DNA of 64,000 bases from Raillietiella orientalis (lineage: Eukaryota): NCBI GenBank assembly GCA_036172245.1, contig JAYWIR010000038.1, positions 992,001 to 1,056,000 of the forward strand, written 5' to 3'. The notes beneath the pieces were generated by a model. The model saw nothing but the letters and a program-made list of their open reading frames with translations, had not been told where the DNA came from and did not search any database. The position numbers and the translations under genes were made by a program. Shown here one piece after another: positions 1 to 11,786 of this stretch; within the stretch, counting starts at the first letter, position 1; each line of letters opens with the position of its first letter.

Positions 1-760
1 GGAATTTCCTCCCCGGAGGGAACCCGCAAGGGAACCGCTCCTGTTCACTCCTCTGAAGAGATCCCCGAAGGGACGCTTCCGAAACTCAGAAGGGGCGCTG
101 CAGCTTTCCGCAAGGAATCGCTCTCGCTTGCTTCCTTGCACTCTTCTGGAGAGGCGACGACTCGGAGGGTCCCCCCGCAACAGGGGAGGTCCGCTCCTTT
201 GGAGGGGACCTCTGGAGAGGTTCCTGTGAGGGCTCCTGCTCCATCTTGAAACCGGAGAGATCCCTCCGATGAGAGGGGTCCGCTCTCCGTTGCACGACCG
301 GAGGGGGAACTCCCTAATCCTTGATTCCTGGAAGGACCCGAAGGTCGACTCCCATTGTTTCGGCCTTCATCGGGGGGCTCCGGCTCAATCCACCGCCGGT
401 GCCATGCCCGAATGATTAGGCCATTGCAGGAGAAACTCGGCCCCCGACGACGCAGTGGCGTCACAGTTTCTGCCGAAGTATTCGAACCCGTGACGCATGG
501 TGCCACGCGCAGATGCCTTAACCACAAAGCCTCCGACGCAGGCATGAGGGAAATGGTACTCTCCATCTGGTCAATCTGCTTACTCCTTGGTTTCTCCTTT
601 GGTTACTTCTGAAGCTTTCGGTTTTAATCACGGGAACCGGATGCGTCTCTCCAACTCTTGCCATCGATGCGGATGCTACCTTCCAGGACACCACTTGAAG
701 AGGTGACAACTCTGTGGCTGAGGCCTTGTATTTCATAGGATGGCCCTCAGGATTGGTAGA
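1..760. repeat. Dispersed repeat family B (unclassified, decayed, possibly coding), copy 1
   Basis: 1-230 aligns by eye with 20040-20170 (e.g. gcaagggaaccgctc...ctctgaa...ccgaaggga) and, inverted, with 34.1-34.3 kb and 51.4-51.5 kb. 380-545 aligns inverted with 16950-17110 (gtgccacgcgc.ga.gccttaaccacaaa.cctccgacgc). Confidence 0.7.
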
Positions 761-2507
761 AGCATCCTTCGGAGAAATTCTCTCTAAGAGGCAGCGCGTA
801 GCAGTGTCCGTGTGAGGCTGCCCGGAAGATACAGGATCGGATGCACAGGAAGCTGGTATCAGCTTGGCTTAGCCGAGGTTCTCAAGATGCTAACTAATGC
901 TGTCACTTTAGGGAGGCAGCTGGATGGACCGCCTTCGTCTGTGACGCGCTCAAGGGTGGAGTTCTTTTTCATTCTGCTTGCGAATGCAAGTGCAGTCCAT
1001 GGAGAGGCTGTGGAGCGCCTACTATAGGCGCTCCACAGCTGCTGAGAGCCTGTTGTCTTTCTGCTCTCATGCCGACAAGGAAAGTACCTGCGGTCTTATT
1101 GGTACTTGCTTCGAACCTCCCTCGCATCCGCAGACCTATGCTAGCCTATTGTCGTCCGCTCTGCCTGATTGCTTTGAGGACCCCCCAGTGGGAGCCCGTC
1201 GAACAACAACGCTCGTCGGTAGGAAGCACTAGGCACGCAGGTGCGCTCCATCACAGTCCACTCCTCTTCCATCCTAGAGTCATCACCGCTTGGGGGAACG
1301 CGGAGTGACCGCGGACTACCGCTGGGGCGTGTCGCGTGACCGTCCAAGACACCATGCCATCTTTCCTGCGTCAGTGGAGGAATGAGAAAAGGAGGCCGGG
1401 TCCCCTACAGAGTGGGAGTCACGGAGGTAAAGAACTCGATGAGGGGACCGGGGTTTGTCGAGCATACCCCGGTCCCCTCATCGAGTTCTTAGAAACTAGA
1501 GCTAGAGCTCAAAAGAAGGCGATAGGGTCTCTCACGCGGCGGGCTCGCGTGAGAGACCACGCCCAAGGGCCTTGCCCGGGGACCACAAAAGTAAATTGAG
1601 TCTCTTGACATCTTCCGGGAAACCTCGGTATCCCGGCCTGGTAGATGCCTTGGGCTTACAGGTAGAAGCCTCCGTCCTTCGCCTGCCCTGCCATCGCACC
1701 ACCATCACCTTGCTGGTTGTGCAATGAGACCTTCCTTGCAACGAGAGACGGTGACACACCTCCAGGAGGATTCCAAAAGAAACCCACCCGCTTATGAATA
1801 GTGAGAACTCTTTAGCAAGCGCTTCCAAGATGCATTGGTATGCAGCAAGGATGGAAGCGCGCCTCAGAGACACTCCTGGAGACCCGTTCGGAAGTTGGCT
1901 CGTCTCTTCGGTCTCGCCGGCTGCTGACAGGGCCTCCCTCCTCTCCGAGAACTGTCTGCTCTAAGCAAGCGATGGTCACCACTAACACCGAAAAAGAATT
2001 CTGGACACCATCCTAGAGGATCCTTCTTCTCTCCTCATTGGGATTGCAGAAAAACGGTTCGAGCCAGCAAGTGGCTCAAAATAAAGTCTCGAGACAGTGA
2101 CGCGCGCGCAGAGCATGTCTTAAGCGGTTGGCGAAAGAGGAGCGCCGTTTTCGGCCTTGTCGCTCTCGAAGAGATCTCTCTGGAGGCACAGGGGCGTGCA
2201 CCACCTCAGATCTCCTAAAGGCACCTGTCCTGAGATGAACTGGCGTCCTTCCCCCCCCCTCCTTCCCTCCCCTTCCCAGCTGCGTCTCTGTGCTCCCCTT
2301 TCGCATGCACACCAGACATCCGCCCTGTCAGGTGTAGATTGAAGGGATGCATCCTTGACGGCTTTCTGGACTGCCGCGTCCTTCGTTAGGATCGGGAACT
2401 CGTGCCAAGAGCTCTTTCTCACCGGAGGGACGTCCCTAAGGCCCTCGTGCGACGTTTCCTCGTAAGAGATGATGGGCCTTTGACAAACACTGCAGCCTCG
2501 CCCTCGA

Positions 2508-4639
2508 AGGTGCATTCGGCCTGAGGAAGTGCCGGGTACCTTGGCTGTCGCGGTCGATCTCCGCAAGGCGTTCGACTGCGTGAATCAGTATCTTCTTCTG
2601 GAGCTCCTGGAAAGCCTTGGTCTCCCGGTGCACCTCGTGGCCTATTTGCGCGCTTGCTGGCGCCACGCGCTGATCTCTATCTCTTTCAGCGGCTGCCATG
2701 TGTACGGCGTGCCGGTGCGGCGGGGCATCAGGCAGGGAGACAGCTTAAGTCCGTTGCTCTTCAGCATCTTCTTTGAGTTGGTGCTAAGGGCGTACAGGCT
2801 GACGCTAGCCAGCCTGCCGAGCTCTTGTCCAGCAACGCCGTCCGTGGCAGCCTATGCCGATGACCTGCTTCTCCTTTTACCCATGACCACCCCGGCGTCC
2901 AGTCTTGGAGATTTCTTCGAACTGATTCGTCGGGGAGCGGGCATGAGCGTAAACTGGAGCAAGAGCGTGGTCGTTCCTGTTGGTGCGGCGTGGGAGGGGC
3001 AGTCCGACTGTATCCGCCTGGGGATCCCGAACGCTTCGTCTTTCAAGTACTTAGGCGTCCCGCTGGGAAACATCAGCCCAGTGGAAGCGTGGTCGGACTG
3101 CCTTCGCAGGCTACGAGTGCTCTGAGCCCGTTCCACCTTGGCAGGTTCCTCCTGCCGGAGCGGGCCACCTTGTGGAACACCTTCGTTGCCCCCCTCTTAC
3201 GCCCCCTGCTTTTTGTTTGCCCGCCCCCCTACTCGGCGAAGCTTCAGGCGCACAGCCTGTTGAGGAACGCTCTGTGAGGACCTGAGAGGTCCAGGATCCG
3301 CCTCAAAGACTTGGCGGCTCCGCTTCGGGATGCCTGTTTGGGCATCCTGACGCTGGAGAGAATCGAGCTGCAGGTGCAGCTTCGAATGTTGGCCTTGTAC
3401 GCCAATCTTTGGTCCACTCCGTGGTGTGCTCCTGCGCGTCTGCTCCTGCGGCGCTGTACCGGCAGTGATGGACTTCTGCCGCTTTGGCCGCATACGGAGC
3501 GCGCCACGAGAAGCTTCGGTTTCCCCTTGAAACCGCTTTACCGGCTCCTGGCAGCCCAGGAATGGATCTCCTGCCGCCCAACGAACTTTGAAGCCTGGCG
3601 GCAGGAACCGTTGCATGCCTGGGCAAAGCAACAGGATGTTTCGCTCCTGGAACTCCGTTGCGCCAACCTCTCTCCGTACTGCACGGTGGATGAGGTCTGC
3701 AACAGCCAGGAGAAGTGGACTCGCCTGGCCGTCACGCCCCTCGCCGACGCGCTGTCAGCCCTCAGGGCAAGTGATGACAGCTGCCTACCGGCGAGGTGTG
3801 AGGTCACCTGCGCCATCGCAGGAGCAACACGACCCATAGTCGGCTGGAGGACTTGCGAGCTCGCAGACGCCGCCACGCCTCGCATCATCCCGAAGGGACT
3901 CCATCGGTGGAGTTAACATTTGAGTGTGCCTCCCGAAGAACTTGTGGTCCCTCCTTTGTGTTTGAACACTTCTGTGTTCCCTCTAAACTGGAAACAGGAC
4001 GTCATTATGCTGGTGCACTGGGGTTTTCACTCCGACCAGCGGACGAACCGTGTGTCCGGGGGAGTCGTCTCCCCGAACTGTAAGCGGTGCGGGGAAGTGG
4101 AAACGCTCCCGCACCTGCTCTTGGACCTCCAAGGACTGTGGCGAAGGCTGACCTCAGCTCTCCTGCACCGGGGGGACACCGCGAGAGACTTGATGCACCG
4201 CTTCTTCACGCCAGGCGGCCTGTCTCTAGGTGTGGTGGTCGCAACGGTGTGTTGCACCAGCGCCATCGACAAGGCCCACCGAGAGCTGGAGAAACTGGCC
4301 ATTCTTCGTCAGCCCACCGGAATAGCCGGCGTGAACATGGCGTCGGCTGCCGAGTGGGCCCATTTTCCAGAGGGCGTTAGGAGAGAGATCGCCAGCATCT
4401 ATCGCCGGTTCTGAAAGAATGAAACGGCCGCACCAAAGATCCCTGTCCCCTCCCCTCCCCATATCTTTATTTCTATTTTTTATATGTGTATTTGTGGTCC
4501 CCTCCCTCCCGTTCCGGACTTTCGGTATACCGACCTGCGTGTCGGGGATCCCCCTCCTTCGTTTCTTCTGTGTCCTCTGTCCGGGAACTCTGTTCCTGGA
4601 TCGTTTATTAATAAACGCCCCGGCGCACCCGGGTGACAA
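2508..4639 (+). mobile_element. 5'-truncated L1/Tx1-like non-LTR retrotransposon with 16-bp TSD
   Basis: RT motifs DLRKAFDCV, RGIRQGDSLSPLLF, YADD, FKYLG and C-terminal CKRCGEVETLPHLL. Flanked by gcagcctcgccctcga (2492-2507) and gcagcctcgctctcga (4640-4655). Ends ataaacgccccggcgcacccgggtgacaa. Confidence 0.92.
2529..4414 (+). pseudogene. Disrupted ORF2 (reverse transcriptase + C-terminal region) of the non-LTR element
   Basis: ORFs 2529-3125, 2990-3277, 3311-3916 and 3920-4414 join through one frameshift near 3120 and in-frame stops at 3275 and 3914. Confidence 0.88.
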
Positions 4640-4859
4640 GCAGCCTCGCTCTCGAGTTGCGATCGTCGCGTCGAGGCAGCTCGCTCTGCAGCGGAGCTTT
4701 CAGGACGAAAGCGACAGGCCATCTTCCTCCTCCTCCTCCTCCTCTTGGCTGTCCCCACTCCACAGGGAGCTGCGGGGAGCCCTCAACCGAATCGAGCGGC
4801 GAAGGGGGGCGTTGCCCGTATCGGAAGGGGGCCGAGGACCGTAAGGACCGGATTTCGAA

Positions 4860-5340
4860 GACCTCCTCCTCCCGTCGGTTGCCGCGGGCCAACCAGCAAG
4901 CCAAGAAACGCTACCTCCCGAAGCTGCAGGTTGACCGACGCTGTCGTCCGTCTGTGGCATTTTGGCGAGTCGCGGTCGCAGAGAAAAGTAGCGCTACCCC
5001 TCACTTCCCCATTCAACCGGGCTACTGAAATGGGCTTGGTCGCCTCCAAACCAGAGTGCCCGAAGCACGTGGAAAGCTGAGGGGAGCCACCGTTCCCTTG
5101 GCAACTCGCTTCCTGCGTCGGGACGAACCCACCTGGGGAACGCATCAGGAAGCGGAACCTACGTGGACTTCGGGGGGGAAAGGTCCAACAGAGAGGGCAA
5201 GCACCCATCCCGCTGCTTCCAGCCACAGGAACAAATGTTCTTGTTTATTTCTTTATTTTTCTCCCCTCTTTTTCATTTTCTTCTTCCCCCCGCCTCCTCC
5301 CGTCACGGACCTCATCGGCGCCCCCCTGAAGGGTCGTTCG
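4860..5340 (+). mobile_element. Highly diverged 3' fragment of the same non-LTR family
   Basis: VPLATRFLRR resembles IPYAVRFLRR of other copies. It is followed by a T-rich tract and ggacctcatcgg, as in the family 3' UTR. Confidence 0.35.
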
Positions 5341-6129
5341 TCTCGGTGGGACGTCACTTCCTGCCATCTTTGTGTGAGTTTTCTTCCAGAGCAAACGCCA
5401 CGGGGTGACTGGGGAGGGTCCTCACAGGCGTGGTAACCCCATCCTCGTTTCAAGGGGAAAGTCCAGTACGCCAGCGAGGTGGCAGGCCCGGTGGTAGGGC
5501 GCGGGAGGGATGGTGGTGGGCGGCTGTCGGCAGTAAAGGCGAGCGCTTCATTCGACCCCTCTGGCGTAACCGGCTGCAAGACCTCGAAGTCACGTCGACT
5601 ACCATCAGGGGCCGGTTCGTTCCACGCGCTGACCCATCCCGTTTATTTGTTTATCCCCTTCCCAGCCTTCGCCCCCCGGGGGGAGGCCGGCAGCATGCCA
5701 TTTGTTTGCTTGTTCTCGGGTAGATGATGTGGCGAGTATCCAGCATGAAAAGGCGGGTGTTCGTGTTGGTCCATGTGGATGATAGAGCTGAAGCGTGAGG
5801 AACATGGACATCCCCGATCGGCAAAACGCTCACGCGAACGCCGCGGTCGAAAGCGCGCCCCCTCGACGCGCGCGCGACTGCGTCGGGTGATCCCCTGCCC
5901 CGATCCGAGGATGAAGTCTTCCGGGCGCACCTCGACCCCCGGGATTCCTCCGGGAAGTTCGGCGCCCTTCCCGATCCGGGGGTTCCTTCCCTCCCGCCCC
6001 TGCGTGCGCTCCCCGGTTTTTACCGCGGGTCGGCGGCTTTTCAGAGAACTCGCCCTGCTGGAACCTAACCCCAACCTCCTCCCCCTATTGTTTATTCCTG
6101 CGGGCCGCTTGCCGTCGCTCGGAGCCGTG

Positions 6130-6888
6130 TCACTCCTCCTCCAGGCCCGGAGGGGCCGGAGAAGGGCGCCGCAGCACCTTCACGTAGTGGACGGCCGTCT
6201 CGGCGACGTTGGGGTTGTCCTGTGGGAAGGCAAGCTCTCCGTCCGGACCCCTGTAGCTGGCGTAGGGCAGCTCGTTGACCCTCTCGAAGCCGCGACTCTC
6301 GTAGGCCCTCCTGGACGAGGACGAGGTGGCGTCGGCGCTGGCGACGTGGCAGCGGACGGCGTGGGCCCTCCGAAGGCTGATGTCCGTGAACCGTGAGTGG
6401 ATGCCCCGCTTCTGGTACCCCTCCAGCACTGACACCATGCAAATGTATAAGAGCCTTCCGTCCCCGCCGTCCTCCGCAGGGTGCCGCTCATCCAGTGGCC
6501 CCTCTAGCCGCTCCAGGAAGTTGCCGATGAGGAGCAGGCGCCCTCTGACGGCCGCGTCGAGCCGCTGGCTCTCCGAGGCGATGCGCAGCTGCTGCACGAT
6601 GACCTTTTCGTCGCCGGGCTCGATGATCTCGTTGATCGCCATGGCGATGACGCAACCGGTGGCCTCGTCCAGGGCCACGTAGGACGCGTTCTGTGGGACG
6701 ACGAGGTCAACGTATGAAGAGAAGAAGTATGAGGAGTGGACGCCCCCCACGAGGTGGTTGAGCGTCTCCCGGACACCGAAGTTCCTGTCGAAGTTGTCCA
6801 GGAGCTCCACCTTCCTGTCGATGCCGCACAGGGCGAATCGCACGCCCGGGATGGCGACCTGGTCTTCCTCGAGGATGGCGTCCGTCAT
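6130..6888 (-). CDS. GNAT N-acetyltransferase, insect-type arylalkylamine N-acetyltransferase (iAANAT/DAT)-like, 252 aa, intronless
   Basis: ATG in an ACC-ATG context at 6888. FGVRETL resembles the FxxDEPL motif; acetyl-CoA motif A SVLEGYQKRGI; ATSSSSRRAYESRGFE..ELPYASY. Minus-strand AATAAA at 6091-6096. The extension to 7137 in the ORF track is low-complexity and probably UTR. Confidence 0.88.
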   Translation of the reverse strand: MTDAILEEDQVAIPGVRFALCGIDRKVELLDNFDRNFGVRETLNHLVGGVHSSYFFSSYVDLVVPQNASYVALDEATGCVIAMAINEIIEPGDEKVIVQQLRIASESQRLDAAVRGRLLLIGNFLERLEGPLDERHPAEDGGDGRLLYICMVSVLEGYQKRGIHSRFTDISLRRAHAVRCHVASADATSSSSRRAYESRGFERVNELPYASYRGPDGELAFPQDNPNVAETAVHYVKVLRRPSPAPPGLEEE

Positions 6889-8495
6889 GGTTCCCTGGGA
6901 CGAGGACCCGGTCAGCAGAGCGCCGTCAGCCCCCGAGCTGCCTCCAGCGCAAGTCGACCCGTCCGCCGCATGCGCACGCGCAGTAATCGCAGGAGGCGGC
7001 CAGAGCGGAAGGGACACTGACGCGAAGAGGGAGCCCCGTTGGGGTCGGCGCACCCCCGAAGAGCGCCCTCGGGAGAGAGAGGGAGAGGGAAGGAGAGGAG
7101 AGGCGACTCGTCCGGGGAACGAAGAACGAACTGCCACCGTTCCGGGAAGAGGGAGGGGGGGGGGAAAGGAGGAGTTCGAGCCGGGAGCCGCAGGAGGGAG
7201 AGAGGAAGTTTCGGTCCTCGCCTCAGAGCCCTCGGGAGCTGCACGCGCGTGCGCGCTCTGATGACGTCGCTGGGACTTCGGCCCGCGTCCTGCTCTCTAG
7301 TTGGGAGAGAGAGGTCTGGGAGGAAGGGCGCCACCGGCCGCGTCCCGAAGTCCGGGAAGTCTGGAAGTCGCCGGGATGCCGTGCCGCCACCGGACGCCGA
7401 CGTGGTGCCTCTCGTGGCATCGGCAAGTGCTCAAAACAGGAGAGGACGGGCGACCAGAAGGCGCAGCTAAGAGCAAAGCTGGAGGGAATTGAGCACTTTT
7501 CGAGACGGGAGGGGGGTCCATGGTTCCGGGTGACGCTGCAGGTTCTGAGAAGCGAGGAGAGGCCCCTCGCGCGGAATGGTGGCCGGGGGGGGAGCAGGGA
7601 AGCGGCAGGGGAAGAAGCACGCTGCCGCAGCAACTGCATGCCCTTCTTGCCCGGAGGGGCGTCCCAGAGCAAGTCTAAGGAGGGAGGAGAAGAGGGGGGC
7701 AGGGCATTTTTTCCCTCTGGCCTCTACGGACTAAGGAGGGAGGGGGTGCCCTCGCGCCCTCCCTCCACTCTCCACATTTCTCTACGGGTTCCGCAAACCT
7801 GACCTCAGGATCCTGACTTCATCATTCTTCGGACCGGGCCGCTCCGGGCGAGGAGGGTGAGAAGAAGGGAGGCGAGACAGAAGTTCCGAGGGTGTCAAGG
7901 CTGGCGAAAGATACCGGCGCTTCCTCCCGCCGACCGCAGGCGCCCAGGGATACGGGATCCGAACCCACGCGTACACTCCGGAGCCTCTCACCGAGCGAGT
8001 CAGCTGCGATGTCACAACGCCTCGAAGGGCTACTGCAACACCTGGTCTCTCCTAGCGAAAGCACTCTGAGCACTGGCTGCTATGGCCGCTTCCTGTCACC
8101 ATGCAGGCAGCAATTCCCAACTGCTCATGCGTCCTCAATTCCGCGTTCCCTCGGCAAACGAGGATCCTCCCAAGACGAGCAGAGAGAGGCTCTCCCTCCC
8201 TTCTCGCGAGCAGAGCCCTTCCCGAGAGCGGGAGAACCCTTCCTGCTCCTTCCCTCCCTCCGCCGCCGATGCTATCCTCTCGGGAGGAAGAGTTCTGCGC
8301 AGATAATCCCGTGCGCTCGTGTGCGCGCACATAAAACAGAAGGGAGAAGGGGGTGGAGAAGACCCTCCGAAGGATTCCTCTCCTCTCCCTTTCTGCGGGA
8401 GCGCTTCCGGACAGAGGAAGCTCTACCGGGCTCCCCGTCCGGTAGGTCCGCGCAGGTGACCACATTCGCATAGCCGTTCGCTCTCGTCCACTCAC

Positions 8496-8826
8496 CAACT
8501 CGTCGTGCTGGCAGCGTGGTTTTTCCAGACTTGCTAATGTAGAGATTTTCCAGCTGGATCCAGCGTTTTTGAGAGTCCATCTGGCCCCTGAAAATATTTC
8601 ATCCCGCTGAGCGGTTTTTACATCGCTGGCCGCCGAAGTTTATGGTTTTTTTTTCTTTTTACGATTGCAAAGACAAGTTACCACTGTGGATGCCTTTTCC
8701 ATTTTCAATAGTCTGAAATGGAATTCCGGATATTTTTGTCCATCCCTCTTTCCATCTTGGAGGATGCGGAGTCACATTAATAAAATTATTGCATTCTTGA
8801 TCAAGGCTGTCGAAGAAACCGACTTC
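8496..8826 (-). CDS. Candidate two exons of an unknown gene (8826-8682 and 8587-8496)
   Basis: AG acceptors, GTAACT and GTGAGT donors, phase-compatible across a 94-nt intron. Joined frame is open: EVGFFDSLDQECNNFINVTPHPPRWKEGWTKISGIPFQTIENGKGIHS-G-ARWTLKNAGSSWKISTLASLEKPRCQHDEL. No family recognised. Confidence 0.4.
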
Positions 8827-9582
8827 CTAATTAATAAAATATTTTGATATTTACATTGCCGTAGTGCACAGGCAACTAGTTTGGGTATTTCATTACAATT
8901 CACGGACTGTTTTCTTTTAACTATAGGTAATAATAATAACAGGTATTAAAATCCGGAGATTTTCGCTTGGGGGAAATCGCGGGTTTCCGAAGACCATCTA
9001 GTGGGATTCTCTTAACTTCTGTTGGCAGCTCTGCGTGCTGCCAGTCTGGCAGGATGGGATGCGCTCCTCTCGGGGTGAACTGCGCGCCTTTTGTTCTCGG
9101 AGCTTTTCCCGGAGGGGAGGACTCGTTCCCCCTCCCTTCTTCCCTTCCTCCTCCCTTCCTTCGTCTTCCGCCTCCAGGCGCTCCGGAGATGGGTACGCGG
9201 TACTTTCGAGGCCGCTGTCCGGAGATGGGAACCGGACAGCAGCCTCCACGCGACCCTTCTCCACGGGATAGTCCAGGAAGCGAAGGGTCAGGTGAGAGGA
9301 GAGGAAGGGGCTCCGCTGTCGAAAGTGTTTCTGGAAGAGATGCTGCGACGGATGTGGTAGCGGCCCGACCATTGGCGAGAACCTCTCTAGATGAGTGAGA
9401 AGGCGGGAGGAAGGGTCCAGGTGGGGCCAGGAGAAGGGGATCCAATGGGTCGGAGGAGTCTCGTCTTCCATCTGCTCGGCAGCTATGGGCGTCTTTTGCA
9501 AAGAATGGATGCTCGGCCATTCTTATTTATTTGTTTTGAATAATCTTCAATATATCTCGATAATATAATCGGCAAGAAGAGG

Positions 9583-9618
9583 GTCACTTGGATGACAAAA
9601 AAAGTCATTTGGATGACA
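9583..9618. repeat. Tandem 15-nt short palindromic units (gtcacttggatgaca / gtcatttggatgaca)
   Basis: Two copies at 9583-9597 and 9604-9618 separated by an A run. Each has gtca...tgac ends. Confidence 0.7.
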
Positions 9619-9681
9619 CCTTTTGTTGTGAGCTCACTTTTACTCTATGATTACCTCTTTAGAGCACATTGTCTATCCATT

Positions 9682-10434
9682 TCACCATTTCGCTGAAATG
9701 GTACCTTCCTTTGGTTTCAAACATTCGGTAAGGACATTTTTAATTGCAGTACTTATCGGATCTTTTAGCCTTTCTCTACTCACCTTCTCACAAAATCTTC
9801 TCACACCGTAACCTATTAATGCTGTAATGAATTGCAGCTACTGTTGCAGCTGTGATGAATACCGCAACAGCAGTACCAACAGGGGTCCAAGCAGCAGCAT
9901 CTGCAAGGTATGCTATGCTCATACCGAAGCTCACTAGTAACAGAACGCATGAAAAAGAGCTCTTTTGCCAATAATTGGAGGTCTTAAGTGAGTTTGTGAT
10001 GTATTTTATTTGCTTTCCCAATAACGAATGTTGGTATTTCACCAATCTTTACAGTAATCCTCAAAATCTTTCCAAAAACTATTACACTTATGTTGCTGAT
10101 TTTCTGAATCTTTATCGTTATTCGGATATTGATAGCCTCCGCTATTATCATATTGCCTTCTTTTTCCTTGATCAGATAATACTTTGTTTGCCTTGTCGAT
10201 TTCTATGAATTTTGCTATTTTATTTTCGATCTGAATTTTCTGCTCTTTCTCTAATTCTGATAGCAGCTCTCTATTTCTTATCTGGTCTGACGATGCGCAT
10301 GATGTTTGCTTTTCCTCAAGTGACAAACACTTATCTGGATGAAACTCTTTTGCAAACTGGCGATACGCTTTTTTTATCTCATCCTCAGTAGCATTTTTAC
10401 TCACTCCTAATACCTTATAATAGTCAGCATTCAT
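9682..10434 (-). pseudogene. DnaJ (J-domain) protein with C-terminal hydrophobic segments, two frameshifts
   Basis: [32 protein letters not shown] (HPD motif) and [14 protein letters not shown]. Frameshift near 10045 into a hydrophobic segment (..TPVGTAVAVFITAATVAA). Second frameshift near 9830 into ALIGYGVRRFCEKVSRERLKDPISTAIKNVLTECLKPKEGTISAKW*. Confidence 0.8.
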
Positions 10435-10990
10435 AAATCCCCCACTCCATAAACTTCCTTTATGTTAAGGATATAGTTAACCTAAGCTTTTGTCCATACG
10501 TAGAATGTAATACATCAAAAAATGGTTCAACCTATACAAAAAGTCTTTTCTAATTTAACAGAACACTACACTTTCTGGCATCAACCAAAATTCATTTAAT
10601 TACCTTCGAAAATTCCAAAAAGTGCATACATCTGTAAGGACAGGCCGCCTAAAAATGCAGTTGTGAAAATAGAAAGGTCAAACTGTTGCAACAAAGTCAG
10701 GCAAATCAGTTCGTGTACAAATTTGTGAAAGCATAATAGTATAGCTAATTTCAAGGCATAGTGGAGCTATTATAAACAAAAAGGTTATGAGGTTAGGAAC
10801 AACGTCTACGAGTAAAATTTCACAGTGCCACTTCTATGTGCTATAATAGACTTAATTTATAAGGAAAACAAAGTTGGAAAAGTTGGGGGAATTTAGAGAG
10901 AACTGGATAGCAAGGACAGGAAGATTTTTATCTTCATTATTTTTTTTAACGGCTGATTGCGCTATCAATACGAAGTTTTTTATTCGAGCC

Positions 10991-11786
10991 GACCCGTGGG
11001 CGGCTGCAGGACCTGCGAGCTGGCAGACGCCGCCACGCCTCGCAACATCGCGAAGGGACTCCTTCGATTGAGTGAACACTTGAGTGTGGCCCCCGATGAA
11101 CTTGTGGTCCCTCCCTCCTGTTTGAACATTTCCGTGTTCCACCTTTCGTGGAAGCAGGACGTCATCATGCTGGTGCATTGGGGTTTTCACTCCAACCAGC
11201 GGACGAACCGTGTTTCCGGGGGAGTCGTCTCCCCGAACTGTAAGCGGTGCGGGGAAGTGGAAACGCTCCCGCACCTGCTCTTGGACCTCCAAGGACTGTG
11301 GCGGAGGCTGACCTCAGCTCTCCTGCACCGGGGGGACACCGCGAGAGACTTGATGAGCCGCTTCTTCACGCCAGGCGGCCTGTCTTTAGGTGCGGTGGTC
11401 GCAACGGTGTGTTGCACCCGCGCCATCGACAAGGCCCACCGAGAGTTGGAGAAGCTGGCTATTCTTCGTCCGCCCACCGGAAGAGCCAGCGCGAACATGT
11501 CGTCGGCTTCCGAGTGGGCCCATCTTCCAGAGGGCGTTAGGAGAGAGATCGCCGGTTCTGAAAGAATGGAACGGCCGCGCCAAAGACCCCTGTCCCCTCC
11601 CCTCCCCATATCTTTATTTCTATTTTTTATATGTGTATTTGTGGTCCCCTCCCTCCCGTTCCGGACTTTCGGTATACCGACCTGCGTGTCGGGGATCCCC
11701 CTCCTTCGTTTCTTCTGTGTCCTCTGTCCGGGAACTCTGTTCCTGGATAGTTTAGAAACAAACGCCCCGGCGCACCCGGGTGAGAA
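10991..11786 (+). mobile_element. 3' fragment of the non-LTR element (close relative of 3830-4639)
   Basis: Near-identical by eye to 3830-4639, including the 3' UTR and terminal hairpin. Confidence 0.9.

Larger units (their letters stand above)
9521..10990. other. AT-rich block resembling Wolbachia/Rickettsiales DNA (candidate nuclear endosymbiont insertion)
   Basis: Abrupt AT-rich island between GC-rich flanks. It contains an intronless J-domain gene with a Shine-Dalgarno-like ggagtggggg just before the ATG, and tandem gtca(c/t)ttggatgaca units of the type common in Wolbachia intergenic DNA. Confidence 0.65.

Noticed and set aside
4611..4639. Terminal CCCGG..CCGGG hairpin as a Helitron 3' end on the minus strand
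   Set aside because: There is no consistent CTRR at the expected distance. The sequence on the would-be Helitron side is unrelated between loci, and TSDs place the hairpin inside the LINE.
8496..8507. HDEL ER-retention signal
   Set aside because: It is followed by a consensus GTGAGT donor rather than a stop codon.
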